This document shows positions 34,793-45,118 of a DNA stretch of 64,000 bases, in pieces (within the stretch, counting starts at the first letter, position 1; every line of letters begins with the position of its first letter). This DNA comes from a virus, in IMG/VR virus record IMGVR_UViG_3300028412_000004, positions 1-64,000 of that record, one strand, 5' to 3'. The notes under the pieces were generated by a model that worked only from the letters and a program-made list of their open reading frames with translations, searched no databases and had not been told where the DNA came from. A program made the translations under genes and the position numbers.

Positions 34793-37057
34793 ATGAACCC
34801 AACACTTTTAAATGCGATTAAACCGACTGGCTCAACCAAGTCCGCTTCCAAGGCCTCCATCCTAAAGCAGCTGGCGGGTTACAGCGGCGGCGGTGTACTG
34901 GGTTCTGCATTCTACGACCAGCTCCAAGGGCACGACATCCCTACCTCCTTAGACGACATCTCAAAGCAACGCGCTCTGAACTTTTTGTTCAATGCCGCTC
35001 TGGTCGGCGGAGGCTCTAAGATGCTGCGAAGTGGTCTAACCGGCGCAGGTAATACAACGCAGGCTTTAGCAGGATCCGCTACGGTGTTTTCACCTCCGTT
35101 CAAGGACCTTGCGCTGGCCGCCACTAAGCCGGTTATGAAGCTGTCGGATACCATGGATTCTCTCAAGGATAACCGCACCAGTAAGTTTTTAGCTGGTGGC
35201 GCTCTAGGGTTAGGTACTCTGGGGTTGGGCATGTATGGTCTTAGTAAGTATAAAGACCACGTCAAAGACGAAGAGGGTAACATAGAGATAGCACTTCCTA
35301 CTCGGGATCCGAACGACACTGAAACGGTTGTCCGCATGCCTATGTCACAAGTAAATATGTCCAAGAGTATGCGAGATAACATTGAGCGAGATATGCGTCG
35401 ACGTCTCCGGGCTGGCGGTAGTGAACGTACGAAGAAACGCGATCCGCAGACCGGAGACCTTATATCCAAATTTGAATACCAGCAGAAGTATGCAGCCTCC
35501 ACACCTCCTGGATCTATTACGCCTGCACCACCTCCTCCGCCTAATGCGCCTGCTGCAGGAGCTATGCTGCCTGCTAGTGTGCGCCAGCCAGCGCCTGTGG
35601 TTGATGCAGAAGTGCCCCAAGTAGACCCTGCTTTAGAGGCTGCACAGACTGAAGCCGCGCAAGCCGCGCAAGCCATACAGAGTGCCACGATGGAGAGGGA
35701 ACATCTGAAACTGGAGAACGAGAAACTGAAGGCTAAAGCTGAGGTTGCTGCCGGCGTTCCCGAAATACCTAGCGCAGAACTTTCTCCTGCGTTAAAAGCC
35801 CAGGCCTCCAGGGCTATGAAAGCAGTAGGAGGCGTTAAGATGGGCAGCAGCTCCGTATTCCTTCTGGCTCACGCGATCGCGGAAGTATACAGCACAAAGC
35901 GCGCACATTTCAAATCGGCTTCCGCCCGAGTTCCGTCGTCTTTAGGAAACAGTCCCGCTGTAGCCGCTGCGGAGGGTGTTAAGCCCAAAGTGAACAAGAT
36001 TACTAAACAAGTAGGGCCCAACAGTATGGCGCAGCCTGCAACTGCGCGTAACGCCGGAGGAGACTCTAAAGGTTACCTGCCTTACAACCGCGCAGACTAC
36101 GCAAACCTTACCGAATCACAGAAGGCGGAGCAGAGTGCTGCTCTTACTAAATACCACCGAGCGCAGATGGTAGAACCAAACTGGTTCGATAATATGACAA
36201 ACCGCGCAGGACGTGGTGAGAATATTTTCGGCGTAACTGAGGACGCATCAGGTTTTGCGAGAGGTGCCGGTGCTGTAGGAGACTTTTTAATAGGTACCCC
36301 CGTACGAGGTTACACACAGGCCGCTGACGCCTACGGACGCGCCGATGCAGCGCAGAGTCGTGGAGAAGAAATAGGTGCGCGTTACGATGGTTATAAAGGC
36401 CCAGGTGCGAAGCTGTGGAGCGATCTTACTAATAGGATAGAAGGTCGAAACGAATTTAAAGCCTACCAGGAAGAGATGGATGCTGCCAACGCGCTGACTG
36501 GTTTTCAAGGCCGTTTAGGTAAATTAAAAGCCCAAGCAACAGGGGGTCTTACGGCCGCAGGCGCCGCGGCGTCTGTTATACCGGCCACACGTCTTGCTTC
36601 AGGTCTAGGCACAACGGCAAGGGTTGGACTCAGCGCGTCCGGTATGGTGCCCGGGATGCTGTTCTCTAAAGGAGGTGTAAACCCGAACGATATCAGCGAC
36701 AGTGCAGCCAGAGATTACTTCTCACAAGCAGGCTCAGGTAGACCTGACATGCTGATGCCGCGACAGGGTGGAGGTTACTCTAATTATGCGCTCAACAACA
36801 TGAACGGTAATCCTTACCACAACGCCTTTTCGGGCGCGTCCAACTACGGCGGTAACGGTTGGTTAAACGCAGGCGTAAACCAAATCCTGCCGACTGTCAT
36901 GGGATACGCTGGGCAGAACCCTTCGTGGAACAACACAATGTCAGGAATGTATAGCGGCGGGTCACCACAGCGTAATCAAATGATGCAGGCCTTAAACTCT
37001 GGGATCAACCTTGGCGGAGGTTCGTTTAATCAAAAACTCTGGCCCGCAGCAGTATAA
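34793..37057 (+). CDS. large Gly/Ala-rich probable virion/internal protein
   Basis: 754 aa; KSAS, KYAA motifs; Pro-rich linker; hydrophobic Gly-rich helices. Confidence 0.6.
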   Translation: MNPTLLNAIKPTGSTKSASKASILKQLAGYSGGGVLGSAFYDQLQGHDIPTSLDDISKQRALNFLFNAALVGGGSKMLRSGLTGAGNTTQALAGSATVFSPPFKDLALAATKPVMKLSDTMDSLKDNRTSKFLAGGALGLGTLGLGMYGLSKYKDHVKDEEGNIEIALPTRDPNDTETVVRMPMSQVNMSKSMRDNIERDMRRRLRAGGSERTKKRDPQTGDLISKFEYQQKYAASTPPGSITPAPPPPPNAPAAGAMLPASVRQPAPVVDAEVPQVDPALEAAQTEAAQAAQAIQSATMEREHLKLENEKLKAKAEVAAGVPEIPSAELSPALKAQASRAMKAVGGVKMGSSSVFLLAHAIAEVYSTKRAHFKSASARVPSSLGNSPAVAAAEGVKPKVNKITKQVGPNSMAQPATARNAGGDSKGYLPYNRADYANLTESQKAEQSAALTKYHRAQMVEPNWFDNMTNRAGRGENIFGVTEDASGFARGAGAVGDFLIGTPVRGYTQAADAYGRADAAQSRGEEIGARYDGYKGPGAKLWSDLTNRIEGRNEFKAYQEEMDAANALTGFQGRLGKLKAQATGGLTAAGAAASVIPATRLASGLGTTARVGLSASGMVPGMLFSKGGVNPNDISDSAARDYFSQAGSGRPDMLMPRQGGGYSNYALNNMNGNPYHNAFSGASNYGGNGWLNAGVNQILPTVMGYAGQNPSWNNTMSGMYSGGSPQRNQMMQALNSGINLGGGSFNQKLWPAAV

Positions 37058-37080
37058 ACAACTAGAAGGATCTCAATATT

Positions 37081-40035
37081 ATGCCACTGGGTATTAAAGA
37101 CAACGTCATTCAAGATGTTCTGGAAGAAGATGTAGACGTAGAGTTCACCAACTCGAATAAATTCTTTGGGTCGCACGCTAATCTGGTCCCGCTACAGTCG
37201 GCTGTGGCAGCCCCGCGTATATTCTACGGATCCCGCTTCATGAACCAAGCCCTCCCACTTATAGGAGCAGAGGCTCCTTTAGTGCAGAATCTCAACAGTG
37301 ACGATGAGCAGGGTCGCTCGTTCGACGAGCTGCAAGGCCGCGCGTCCGGCGCAGTGTTCTCGGACAGCGATGGACGTGTGAAGGATATTACGCCGGACTA
37401 CATCACCCTCGAAACTCCCGACGGTAAAGAGGTTCGTAGAAACCTCTACAACAACTTTATTTTCAACCGGAAAACTTCCATACATAACACGCCTCTAGTA
37501 GAGCTGGGGCAGTCGGTGAAAGCAGGACAGCTTTTAGCTAAGTCAAACTTCACAGATGATAAAGGCACGCTAGCGATGGGTCGTAATGCTCGCGTAGGCG
37601 TGGTTCCCTACAAAGGCTTCACAATGGATGACTCGATCGCAATTAGCAGCGACTTCGCCGGGAAGCTGTCTAGTGAGCATACCGAGACCTACAGCTTGGA
37701 GAAGGACAAAGTTATTAAAAGCGGCCTAAACCACTTCATCAGCCTGTTCCCGGATAAATACACCAAAGCGCAGAGAGCCACTATAACGCCCGACGGTGTT
37801 GTTAAAAAAGGTACTATCTTACAGGAGGGAGATCCTATGATACTCGCCTCTAAACCTCGTATGGTATCCAGCTCCGCCTCTCAGATGGGTAAGTTGTCGA
37901 AGGTCATGCGGGAGTCCCGCACAGATGCCAGCCAGCTGTGGGAATCCTCGAAGCCTGGTAAGGTGTTGGATGTCGTCAACACGCCCAAAGGTATTAAAGT
38001 TGTTGTACAGTCGATTAAACCTGCAGAGGAAGGTGATAAGATAGTCTACCGCTCCGGTCAGAAAGGGATCATATCTAAGATTATCCCAAACGAGCACATG
38101 CCTCGCACCACTGATGGTAAGCCTCTAGAGGTGCTGCTTAATCCACTCAGCATACCCAGTCGCGTGAACAACTCGATCATCTACGAGATTCTTTTAGGAA
38201 AGATCGCGCAGAAGACTGGTAAACCTATCAAGATGCCTGGCTTCACAAAACCTGGAGAAGAATGGTTCGACATCATACAGCGTGCTCTTGATGAAGCAGG
38301 TCTATCTGACACAGAGGAAGTATTTGATCCAATGTCAGGTAAGACACTGCAGAACCCGATCACCGTCGGCAACGGCTATGTCTTAAAGCTGCACCACACC
38401 GGTGCGTCGAAAGCATCCGCGAGAGGACAAGGAAGTTACTGCTACGACGAAGAAACTGAAGTACTCACTGACACAGGTTGGACAGCGTGGCCTGCTGTAA
38501 ACGCATCTCACAAATTGGCAACTCTCGACGATAGTGACAGTATTGTATTCCAGAAGCCTTCTGAACTCATAGCACAGGACTACTCAGGTGAGATGTATGG
38601 GTTCAAGGAGAGTAATTACATAGACTACCTAGTTACACCAGAACACGACCACTGGGTTAAGTTCCGCGGACCCGTATCTGAATACAGGAGGGTGAAAGCT
38701 AAGGATCTACACGGTAAAATGTTTTATGTAAAGCGGCAGGGCTTTAAATACACAGGAGGAGTAGATCCTAAGAGTACCACCATCCTGGAAGACGGACACG
38801 TCGAGCCTATAAAATTCGACTGGGGCGACTATGTTGAATTCATGGGTTGGTGGCTTACGGAAGGGTCTGTGCGTTTAAATGAGAACACCTCAGAGAATGA
38901 GGTCTACATACGGCAGAGCAAGCACACCAGTGAAGCTAACTTTTACAGAATCCAAAAACTTCTGGATCGTGTGGGCATCGCATACAGGGTCCACACAAAC
39001 AAAGAAAAGCAGAGTTTGGGATTCTGTATGAGCAGTAAGGCGCTGGCTCGACATCTTAAAGAATCCTGCGGTGGATCCGAGTGTGGTAATAAATCCATCA
39101 CACACACACTACTACACGCCTCGTATGCTAGTAGGATGCTTCTATACAATGTCATGATGCTGGGCGATGGTTGTCTAAGCACAGGAGTATACACCACATC
39201 ATCTAAAGCTCTCATAGACACTTTCCAGATCCTGGTAACAGGCTTGGGCTGGTCCGCAGTACCGCACTGCAGGGAAGTAAGGCCGACGACAGATGGCCCT
39301 GTATCGAACCCGGTCTACGAGACTACTACGTCGAAGAAGCGCGCTAACGCGCTGATACAGCAAGCACCTAGATACTCTGGAAAATTTTACACGAAACACT
39401 ACGAAGGTAGAATATATTGCGCAGTCATGGGAGGACGTGGATTACTCTACGTGCGTAGGTGTGGTAAGCCAATGTGGTCCGGTAACTCGCTCGACCAGCA
39501 GCCACTCAAAGGTGGTAGTGAAGGAGGTAAGGCTAAACGCTTCTCCGGGCTAGAGGTCGGCTCAATGCTGTCGGCCGGTGCCTACAAAACTTTACGGGAG
39601 GGCTCCACACTTCGCGGACAGCAGAATGACGAGTATTGGAGGCAGCTACGCCAGGGTAAAACACCCAGACGCCCCGGTGAACCTTTTGTTTGGCGTAAGT
39701 TCCAGACCTTGTTACAGGGCGCTGGTATGAATCCTCGCGACATGGGCGGAGGACAATTACGACTAGGCCCGCTCACCGAGACAGAGCTGCAAAAACGCAA
39801 ACCTTTCGAAATACGCAATGGGAAGATGGTTAACCTAAACTCGCTGGAACCTGAAGCTGGCGGGTTGTTTGACCCCGCTTTGGTAGGGTCTGGTAAGTGG
39901 GGCAAGATTCCGCTCGACATGGCTCTACCAAACCCTGCTTTCGAAAAACCTATACTGCGTTTACTGGGACTTACTCAGAAAGATTTCAACGCTATCATGG
40001 CTGGCGAAATGGAATTACCAGAGCGGTTGCGATAA
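37081..40035 (+). CDS. rpoB: RNA polymerase beta C-terminal half fused to beta-prime N-terminus, with intein
   Basis: GDKIVYRSGQKGIISKI, LNPLSIPSRVN, YVLKLHH, QPLKGG; then beta-prime-like EPEAGGLFDP...GKIPL. Confidence 0.93.
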   Translation: MPLGIKDNVIQDVLEEDVDVEFTNSNKFFGSHANLVPLQSAVAAPRIFYGSRFMNQALPLIGAEAPLVQNLNSDDEQGRSFDELQGRASGAVFSDSDGRVKDITPDYITLETPDGKEVRRNLYNNFIFNRKTSIHNTPLVELGQSVKAGQLLAKSNFTDDKGTLAMGRNARVGVVPYKGFTMDDSIAISSDFAGKLSSEHTETYSLEKDKVIKSGLNHFISLFPDKYTKAQRATITPDGVVKKGTILQEGDPMILASKPRMVSSSASQMGKLSKVMRESRTDASQLWESSKPGKVLDVVNTPKGIKVVVQSIKPAEEGDKIVYRSGQKGIISKIIPNEHMPRTTDGKPLEVLLNPLSIPSRVNNSIIYEILLGKIAQKTGKPIKMPGFTKPGEEWFDIIQRALDEAGLSDTEEVFDPMSGKTLQNPITVGNGYVLKLHHTGASKASARGQGSYCYDEETEVLTDTGWTAWPAVNASHKLATLDDSDSIVFQKPSELIAQDYSGEMYGFKESNYIDYLVTPEHDHWVKFRGPVSEYRRVKAKDLHGKMFYVKRQGFKYTGGVDPKSTTILEDGHVEPIKFDWGDYVEFMGWWLTEGSVRLNENTSENEVYIRQSKHTSEANFYRIQKLLDRVGIAYRVHTNKEKQSLGFCMSSKALARHLKESCGGSECGNKSITHTLLHASYASRMLLYNVMMLGDGCLSTGVYTTSSKALIDTFQILVTGLGWSAVPHCREVRPTTDGPVSNPVYETTTSKKRANALIQQAPRYSGKFYTKHYEGRIYCAVMGGRGLLYVRRCGKPMWSGNSLDQQPLKGGSEGGKAKRFSGLEVGSMLSAGAYKTLREGSTLRGQQNDEYWRQLRQGKTPRRPGEPFVWRKFQTLLQGAGMNPRDMGGGQLRLGPLTETELQKRKPFEIRNGKMVNLNSLEPEAGGLFDPALVGSGKWGKIPLDMALPNPAFEKPILRLLGLTQKDFNAIMAGEMELPERLR
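38440..39486 (+). mobile_element. intein with LAGLIDADG endonuclease (residues 454-802)
   Basis: C1 CYDEETEVLT; blocks GWWLTEGS and MMLGDG; ends SGN then Ser; inserted at GSY|SL. Confidence 0.9.
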
Positions 40036-40105
40036 GCTCCAAGGATTGGATTTTCATACATCCTCGGAAATACGCAAAAACGAGTGTTTTCAGGTTATAT
40101 AAAAA

Positions 40106-40345
40106 TGTAGAGTAGTGGTTCTATCTACACCACTTTGTTGGAACATGACCTGTGTGTGTTCCTAAAGCCCGCGCCGACCTCCTTACACGTCACACTGTAG
40201 TGGTTTGGATTGATTCTCTATTCCATTAGGGAGGTCGGCGTCTGGTAATTTTAAACCCTCCTCGGGTTAATAGAGGGTAGCAATCCGTAAAGCTACGTTC
40301 TGAGATTTCACTCAGATGGTTCTAACTCTCCCTGTCGGAGAGTCC
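40106..40345 (+). ncRNA. candidate structured RNA
   Basis: At least seven consecutive hairpins, including CGCCGACCTCC/GGAGGTCGGCG, TCTGAG/CTCAGA, ACTCTCC/GGAGAGT. Confidence 0.45.
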
Positions 40346-40404
40346 ACTCACCTATAATCAATGGTGCTGACAAAAAAGATCGGAAAAAGGAGCTAAGCAA
40401 AACT

Positions 40405-40797
40405 ATGAAAAAAGGAATCAAAAAAGCTGGCCGCATGGCCACATCCGCAGTAATCACATCCTCTGCTTTCACAGGTAAATACCTGTGTTTAGGGCTCGCC
40501 GCCCCGCTGACTCTGATCTCCGCCACGGCGGAGCTCGGGCGGAAGCCCCTAAAAAAGGGCCAGGCAAGCTGCACGGAGGTGCTCGACCTCACAGAGGTCG
40601 AACGCTCGGAGGTGCGAATCATCCGCGCGAAGGCGCGGCTGATTCGCGCTAACGAGCGCCTCGAGTGCGCGAAGCACCGCGCCCTCGAGGTAGAAGCAGC
40701 GCGTGAGCAACGCGCTGCTGCGCGTGAGCAGCGCGCAGCAGCAAAGGAGGCAGTAGCGGCTAACGCCGCAACTGTCGGCGATCTCGTCAACGCCTAA
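40405..40797 (+). CDS. Ala/Arg-rich coiled-coil protein
   Basis: AACTATG start; AREQRAA x2; own terminator. Confidence 0.55.
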   Translation: MKKGIKKAGRMATSAVITSSAFTGKYLCLGLAAPLTLISATAELGRKPLKKGQASCTEVLDLTEVERSEVRIIRAKARLIRANERLECAKHRALEVEAAREQRAAAREQRAAAKEAVAANAATVGDLVNA

Positions 40798-40804
40798 CCT
40801 ACAC

Positions 40805-40850
40805 AGGAAAGTGGTGGAGGGCTTCGGCCTTCCACCACTTTCCTTTTTTT
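40805..40850 (+). terminator. strong intrinsic terminator
   Basis: 18-bp stem, C(TTCG)G loop, T run. Confidence 0.92.
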
Positions 40851-40906
40851 AGCTATCAGCAGAATTAGGCTTGAAAATTTAAGAGACGCCTGCGAGTTTA
40901 CACCGT

Positions 40907-41581
40907 ATGGATGTGAACGATTTACCTAGGACAGGTATACACAGTGAAGTAGCGAAGCCCTTATCATCAGGGCTTGCGTTGTTCCTCGCCTCTATCGCTA
41001 ACAGTACGGCGCAAAAAACATACCTGGAGGCTGCTCGCGACAAACTTACAGGTTCAGGATTTAAGGACTGGGGAATTCGTAAATTGATTCAAGCGCGCGC
41101 CCTGGCGAACGGTTACATCCCTCATAACGTGGATAAGCCGGAACACTCCGCGATCATGAATTTTAAAAAGCCTAAATCGATCGGTCCGTTCGAGCTGAAA
41201 GGCGTGCTTGCATCCTCCAAGGATACAGGCCCAGGCGTTATGGCCCACGAGATGGGTCACATACTGCAGAATACTCACCTCCCGACATACTCCCTTTCGC
41301 AACAGGCCCCGTCTTTAGGTACGCTAGGCGTAGCACTACTTCCCGGCAGGCGTGCGAAGTTAACATCTGCAATAGCTGGAGCTGTCGGCGGGCTTCCTAC
41401 ACTAGGTTACGAAGTAGATGCCTCGCGTAGAGGCAGTAACATCTTAGAGAGCTTGGGTTACGACAGCCCAGGCACGGCGTATGTCGGAGTCCCAACTTAC
41501 GCCCTCAATGTGGGTATGCCACTGGGTGCTTACGGCATACGGCAGGCTGTACTCAAAGCATTGACCAAAGGCCGGGCTTAG
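40907..41581 (+). CDS. zinc metallopeptidase-like membrane protein
   Basis: AHEMGH...EVDASRRG. Confidence 0.7.
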   Translation: MDVNDLPRTGIHSEVAKPLSSGLALFLASIANSTAQKTYLEAARDKLTGSGFKDWGIRKLIQARALANGYIPHNVDKPEHSAIMNFKKPKSIGPFELKGVLASSKDTGPGVMAHEMGHILQNTHLPTYSLSQQAPSLGTLGVALLPGRRAKLTSAIAGAVGGLPTLGYEVDASRRGSNILESLGYDSPGTAYVGVPTYALNVGMPLGAYGIRQAVLKALTKGRA

Positions 41582-41595
41582 GGCACACTTCGCAA

Positions 41596-42747
41596 ATGAC
41601 ATCCGTAGATTCAGTAGAAAACGTAGATACGCCTAAACCTAAGCTGACAGGCCCAGCCGCGATTGAGCACGCGCTCACTGGCCTTGATCTTGGTAAATTG
41701 GAGGCGGAGCAGCGCGACATTATTAATAAGAAGCTGGTATCCAAAAGACCTAAGGCTGTGCAGGTGCTTAACGTTCTGGAAGGTCTGAAGCGTAACAACG
41801 TGCAGCCTACTGACTTTCTTATAAAGAACGTCCCTGTGATTCCATCTGAGTTTAGACCGTTCACTGCTATGGGAAACACTTTTGTAGCTGGCGACGCTAA
41901 TGAGCTTTACCGGGACTTAATTGATATGCGAGACGCCCACCGCGAGGAGCGCAGTGTTTTTGGGGATGAGGGTGCAGGGGACTCTAGGATGGGACTCTAT
42001 AACGCGGTTAAAGCGACTTACGGCTACGGAGACCCCGTCAAGACAAAGACCCGGCAGCGCGGTGTGTCAGGGTTTCTTAAAAAGGTAACTGGTAGTAATC
42101 CTAAACATGGTTTTTTCCAGCAGAAGCTTATAGGTAAGACGCAGGATAATGTAGCACGCGGGACCATCGGCGTTAATCCTGACCTCTCCATGGACCAGAT
42201 CGATTTACCTAAAGACATGGCTTGGCGTATGTATGCTCCTTACATTCAACGTAGGCTTGTGCGGGCGGGTGTTGGACCTATGGATGCCATTAAAGGTATT
42301 CGTGATAGAACACCTCTAGCAGAGCGGGCGCTGCAGAAAGAGGTCGAGGAGCGACCGGTTATTTACTCTCGATCGCCAAGCTGGCATAAATACAACGTGC
42401 TCGCAGGACGTCCTAATCTGATCGACGGGGATGCTATCCGTATTAATCCATTCGTAACAACAGGTTTAAATGCTGACTTCGACGGCGATGCCATTAATGT
42501 GCACGTCCCTAGTGAAAGCGAGGTGGTAAAAGAAGCTCTAGAAAAGCTGGCACCTTCAAAACAACTCCTGTCTACGCGAGATCCTACGAGGGTTGTTCCT
42601 TCCTTAAAGCACGAACAGATACTCGGGCTCTACACGGCGAAGCACCGCAAAGGGAACAAGTTTCAATTTTCATCCAAGGAGGCGGCGCTGGCTGCTATCA
42701 AACGAGGTGAAGTATCTCTCAACGATGACATCGCTATAATGAGTTAA
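41596..42747 (+). CDS. rpoC: RNA polymerase beta-prime catalytic segment
   Basis: VPVIPSEFRP, DANELYR, SRSPSWH, NADFDGD. Confidence 0.96.
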   Translation: MTSVDSVENVDTPKPKLTGPAAIEHALTGLDLGKLEAEQRDIINKKLVSKRPKAVQVLNVLEGLKRNNVQPTDFLIKNVPVIPSEFRPFTAMGNTFVAGDANELYRDLIDMRDAHREERSVFGDEGAGDSRMGLYNAVKATYGYGDPVKTKTRQRGVSGFLKKVTGSNPKHGFFQQKLIGKTQDNVARGTIGVNPDLSMDQIDLPKDMAWRMYAPYIQRRLVRAGVGPMDAIKGIRDRTPLAERALQKEVEERPVIYSRSPSWHKYNVLAGRPNLIDGDAIRINPFVTTGLNADFDGDAINVHVPSESEVVKEALEKLAPSKQLLSTRDPTRVVPSLKHEQILGLYTAKHRKGNKFQFSSKEAALAAIKRGEVSLNDDIAIMS

Positions 42748-42797
42748 TCTAGCAGTCTACGCTTGCATACTTAGAGGTGTTATTTTTCAATGTAAGT

Positions 42798-43337
42798 ATG
42801 ACCACTAGCATATACTCCTCTGAAAAAGCTCTTAACCTTTTAGCGAATCTATCTTCGTTTAACAAACGCGCATTTCAACCGGCTCCGCCGCCGCAGGGCG
42901 CGATGCCTCCTGGTGTGGATCCCTCAATGATGCCCCCTGGTGCGATGCCTCCTGGTGTGGATCCCTCAATGATGCCTCCTGGTATGGATCCCTCGATGAT
43001 GCCTCCTGGAGCGATGCCCCCTGGCGCGATGCCTCCTGGTGCGATGCCCCCTGGCGCGATGCCTCCTGGTGCGATGCCTCCTGGTGCGATGCCTCCTGGT
43101 ATGGATCCCTCGATGATGCCTCCTGGAGCGATGCCTCCACAGCCTGCTGGCGTTAACCCAGAAATAGAAACCATGCTCAGTGAAGTGTTGGGCGGCATGG
43201 AGCAGATGGCATTGGTGTTGGAGCAGGAAAAAGCCGAGAAGGCTGAAATGGCACAGCGTCTTGAGAGTATGTCTTCACGAATGAATCAACTGGAATCTTT
43301 TTTTAAACAATCGGACAGCGCTCCAGCAGGAGTTTAA
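42798..43337 (+). CDS. Pro/Gly/Met-rich low-complexity protein
   Basis: KRAF then (PPGAM)n and (PPGMDPSMM)n, coiled-coil end. Confidence 0.75.
   Translation: MTTSIYSSEKALNLLANLSSFNKRAFQPAPPPQGAMPPGVDPSMMPPGAMPPGVDPSMMPPGMDPSMMPPGAMPPGAMPPGAMPPGAMPPGAMPPGAMPPGMDPSMMPPGAMPPQPAGVNPEIETMLSEVLGGMEQMALVLEQEKAEKAEMAQRLESMSSRMNQLESFFKQSDSAPAGV
42901..43137 (+). repeat. 15/27-nt tandem repeats (ATGCCTCCTGGTGCG family)
   Basis: Seen directly. Confidence 0.95.
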
Positions 43338-43339
43338 TT

Positions 43340-43552
43340 ATGATTAGAATGCGTAAAACAGATGGCACTTTTGTCACACTGAGAGATGAATTCAAGTTTG
43401 TGGAGCTATGCGACTTGGACGGTAACATAGGAGAACTTCTGCTAGATCAAGACGATGGAAGTATTCAACGTGTGTCGGCAGACAGTCCGGAGGCCAAGCG
43501 CTACGCGAGCCTCTTCGGAGTTGATTTCTGCGAGATGAAACAATTAGATTAA
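43340..43552 (+). CDS. hypothetical protein
   Basis: 70-aa ORF. Confidence 0.65.
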   Translation: MIRMRKTDGTFVTLRDEFKFVELCDLDGNIGELLLDQDDGSIQRVSADSPEAKRYASLFGVDFCEMKQLD

Positions 43553-43576
43553 CAACACAGCAACGGTAGAACTGAG

Positions 43577-44173
43577 ATGCACCACTTCATAGTAGTATCA
43601 GGCTTCACGCAGAAGAAATGGGCGAAGCACGGCAACGGCAGTATAAACATATACCGCAACGTCCGTGACATCCTCAAGGGTGTAGGTAATATTGAGTTCG
43701 CGCTACTAGAGTGGCACAACGACCCGGAAGGGTATGCCAGGTTCGTAGCGCAGCACTACGTGTCGGGTGATACAATCGTGTTAGCGGGTTACAGCTATGG
43801 GGGCGGTTACTGGGCGCGTGAATTTCTTAAGACTCTTAAGAGTATAGCACCTCACATCAAAGTGAATACCGTCATATTGTGTGACCCTGTATATCGTCAC
43901 CCGTTCTTCTTAATGAGATTTCTTGCATTGTTCTCAATCAAACTCAAAATTAATTTTGGGAATGTAGATAACCTTGTGCATTTTTTCCAGACTAAGGATA
44001 AGCCGGGTAACAATTCTTTGATACTCGACGAAGGTGTTAATTATGCCGGACCATGTGAGCTTGACTATCATCATGTGAAGATGGATAACTCGGTGGAGTA
44101 TCACGACGCGGTATTAGAAGCTGCGGTTAAGCATTTCCTAGAAGAAAAGAGAGAACACCATTGTGAAGTTTAA
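43577..44173 (+). CDS. alpha/beta hydrolase
   Basis: GYSYGGG nucleophile elbow, LCDPV, late His. Confidence 0.75.
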   Translation: MHHFIVVSGFTQKKWAKHGNGSINIYRNVRDILKGVGNIEFALLEWHNDPEGYARFVAQHYVSGDTIVLAGYSYGGGYWAREFLKTLKSIAPHIKVNTVILCDPVYRHPFFLMRFLALFSIKLKINFGNVDNLVHFFQTKDKPGNNSLILDEGVNYAGPCELDYHHVKMDNSVEYHDAVLEAAVKHFLEEKREHHCEV

Positions 44174-44450
44174 ACTGCTAATACTTACAGCGCTATGCGG
44201 CGTGGCGTTCCTGTCCGGATGCCAAAGCGTTACTGTTAACATTTACCTCCTGCCTGAAGGGGAGGAAGATTCCCCAGGGGTGCATCTTGCAGACTTGGAG
44301 GAGTTAGGAGCCAAGTTATCTGGGGTCAGAGTGAATCAGTCTATGTACAAGGCAAACGCCGGCGTAGGTAACTGGTTGGATCAAGATACAGACGCGTCTG
44401 CCACAATTCCCGCCTCCATTCTAGGGGGCCCTCAAAACGTAAGAAAATAA
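44163..44450 (+). CDS. lipoprotein
   Basis: Signal peptide with lipobox LSGC. Confidence 0.7.
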   Translation: MKFKLLILTALCGVAFLSGCQSVTVNIYLLPEGEEDSPGVHLADLEELGAKLSGVRVNQSMYKANAGVGNWLDQDTDASATIPASILGGPQNVRK

Positions 44451-44455
44451 AAACC

Positions 44456-45118
44456 ATGAAATCAGTAAAAATAAACATGCTATTAGCTCTACTCACTGGG
44501 CTAGTATTCGGGTGTACCACTATACAAAACAACCCCATCATAGCGAAAGGTGTTATTCAATACGGCGCCTACGAGCTATTCGAAGCCTCCGACGACAGTA
44601 TCAGGAGTGCGGAAAACGTGCTGGATATTTCGAAGAAGTTGGCGGACTCCAGCGCCGAAGCTGTTACCGTGAAGGTTCTGGCAGACCTGGCGCGTGCCGA
44701 GGTAGCTAAAAAGAATCTGACTCCCGAACGACAAGCCGCGGCTGATGTTTTTATCACGGCTATTAAGGATCAGATCGATAAACGTATTGCGGCGAACTTC
44801 TTAAGCCCGGAGGACCTTGTTACTATTAATCAGGTATTCGTATGGACTCGAGAAGCTGCGGAGCTTTATCTAGCGTCTCGCGAAAAGACTATGGAGGCTG
44901 CACGAGTGCCGGCACTCGCGGTGTCTGCTGAACAGACTTCCGTGTATCAAGCACCATTATGGGCGCATTGGAAATACGGGGAGCATTGGTCTGACTCTCT
45001 GTGGGATACCACTTCTTGGTTCTCAGGTTGTGATAGTTACGCAAGCTTCCGCGCATTTCACAGCTACGGACTGACCGATGCAGAGCGGAGTGCCTTTGCT
45101 CAACAAACTGCTAAGTAA
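44456..45118 (+). CDS. lipoprotein
   Basis: Signal peptide with lipobox VFGC; helical body. Confidence 0.7.
   Translation: MKSVKINMLLALLTGLVFGCTTIQNNPIIAKGVIQYGAYELFEASDDSIRSAENVLDISKKLADSSAEAVTVKVLADLARAEVAKKNLTPERQAAADVFITAIKDQIDKRIAANFLSPEDLVTINQVFVWTREAAELYLASREKTMEAARVPALAVSAEQTSVYQAPLWAHWKYGEHWSDSLWDTTSWFSGCDSYASFRAFHSYGLTDAERSAFAQQTAK

Noticed and set aside
40035-41596. Group I intron joining the RNAP pieces
   Set aside because: An AGTCCA resembling the S element exists at about 40340, but no matching R/P7 partner was found, and a strong terminator lies within the interval.
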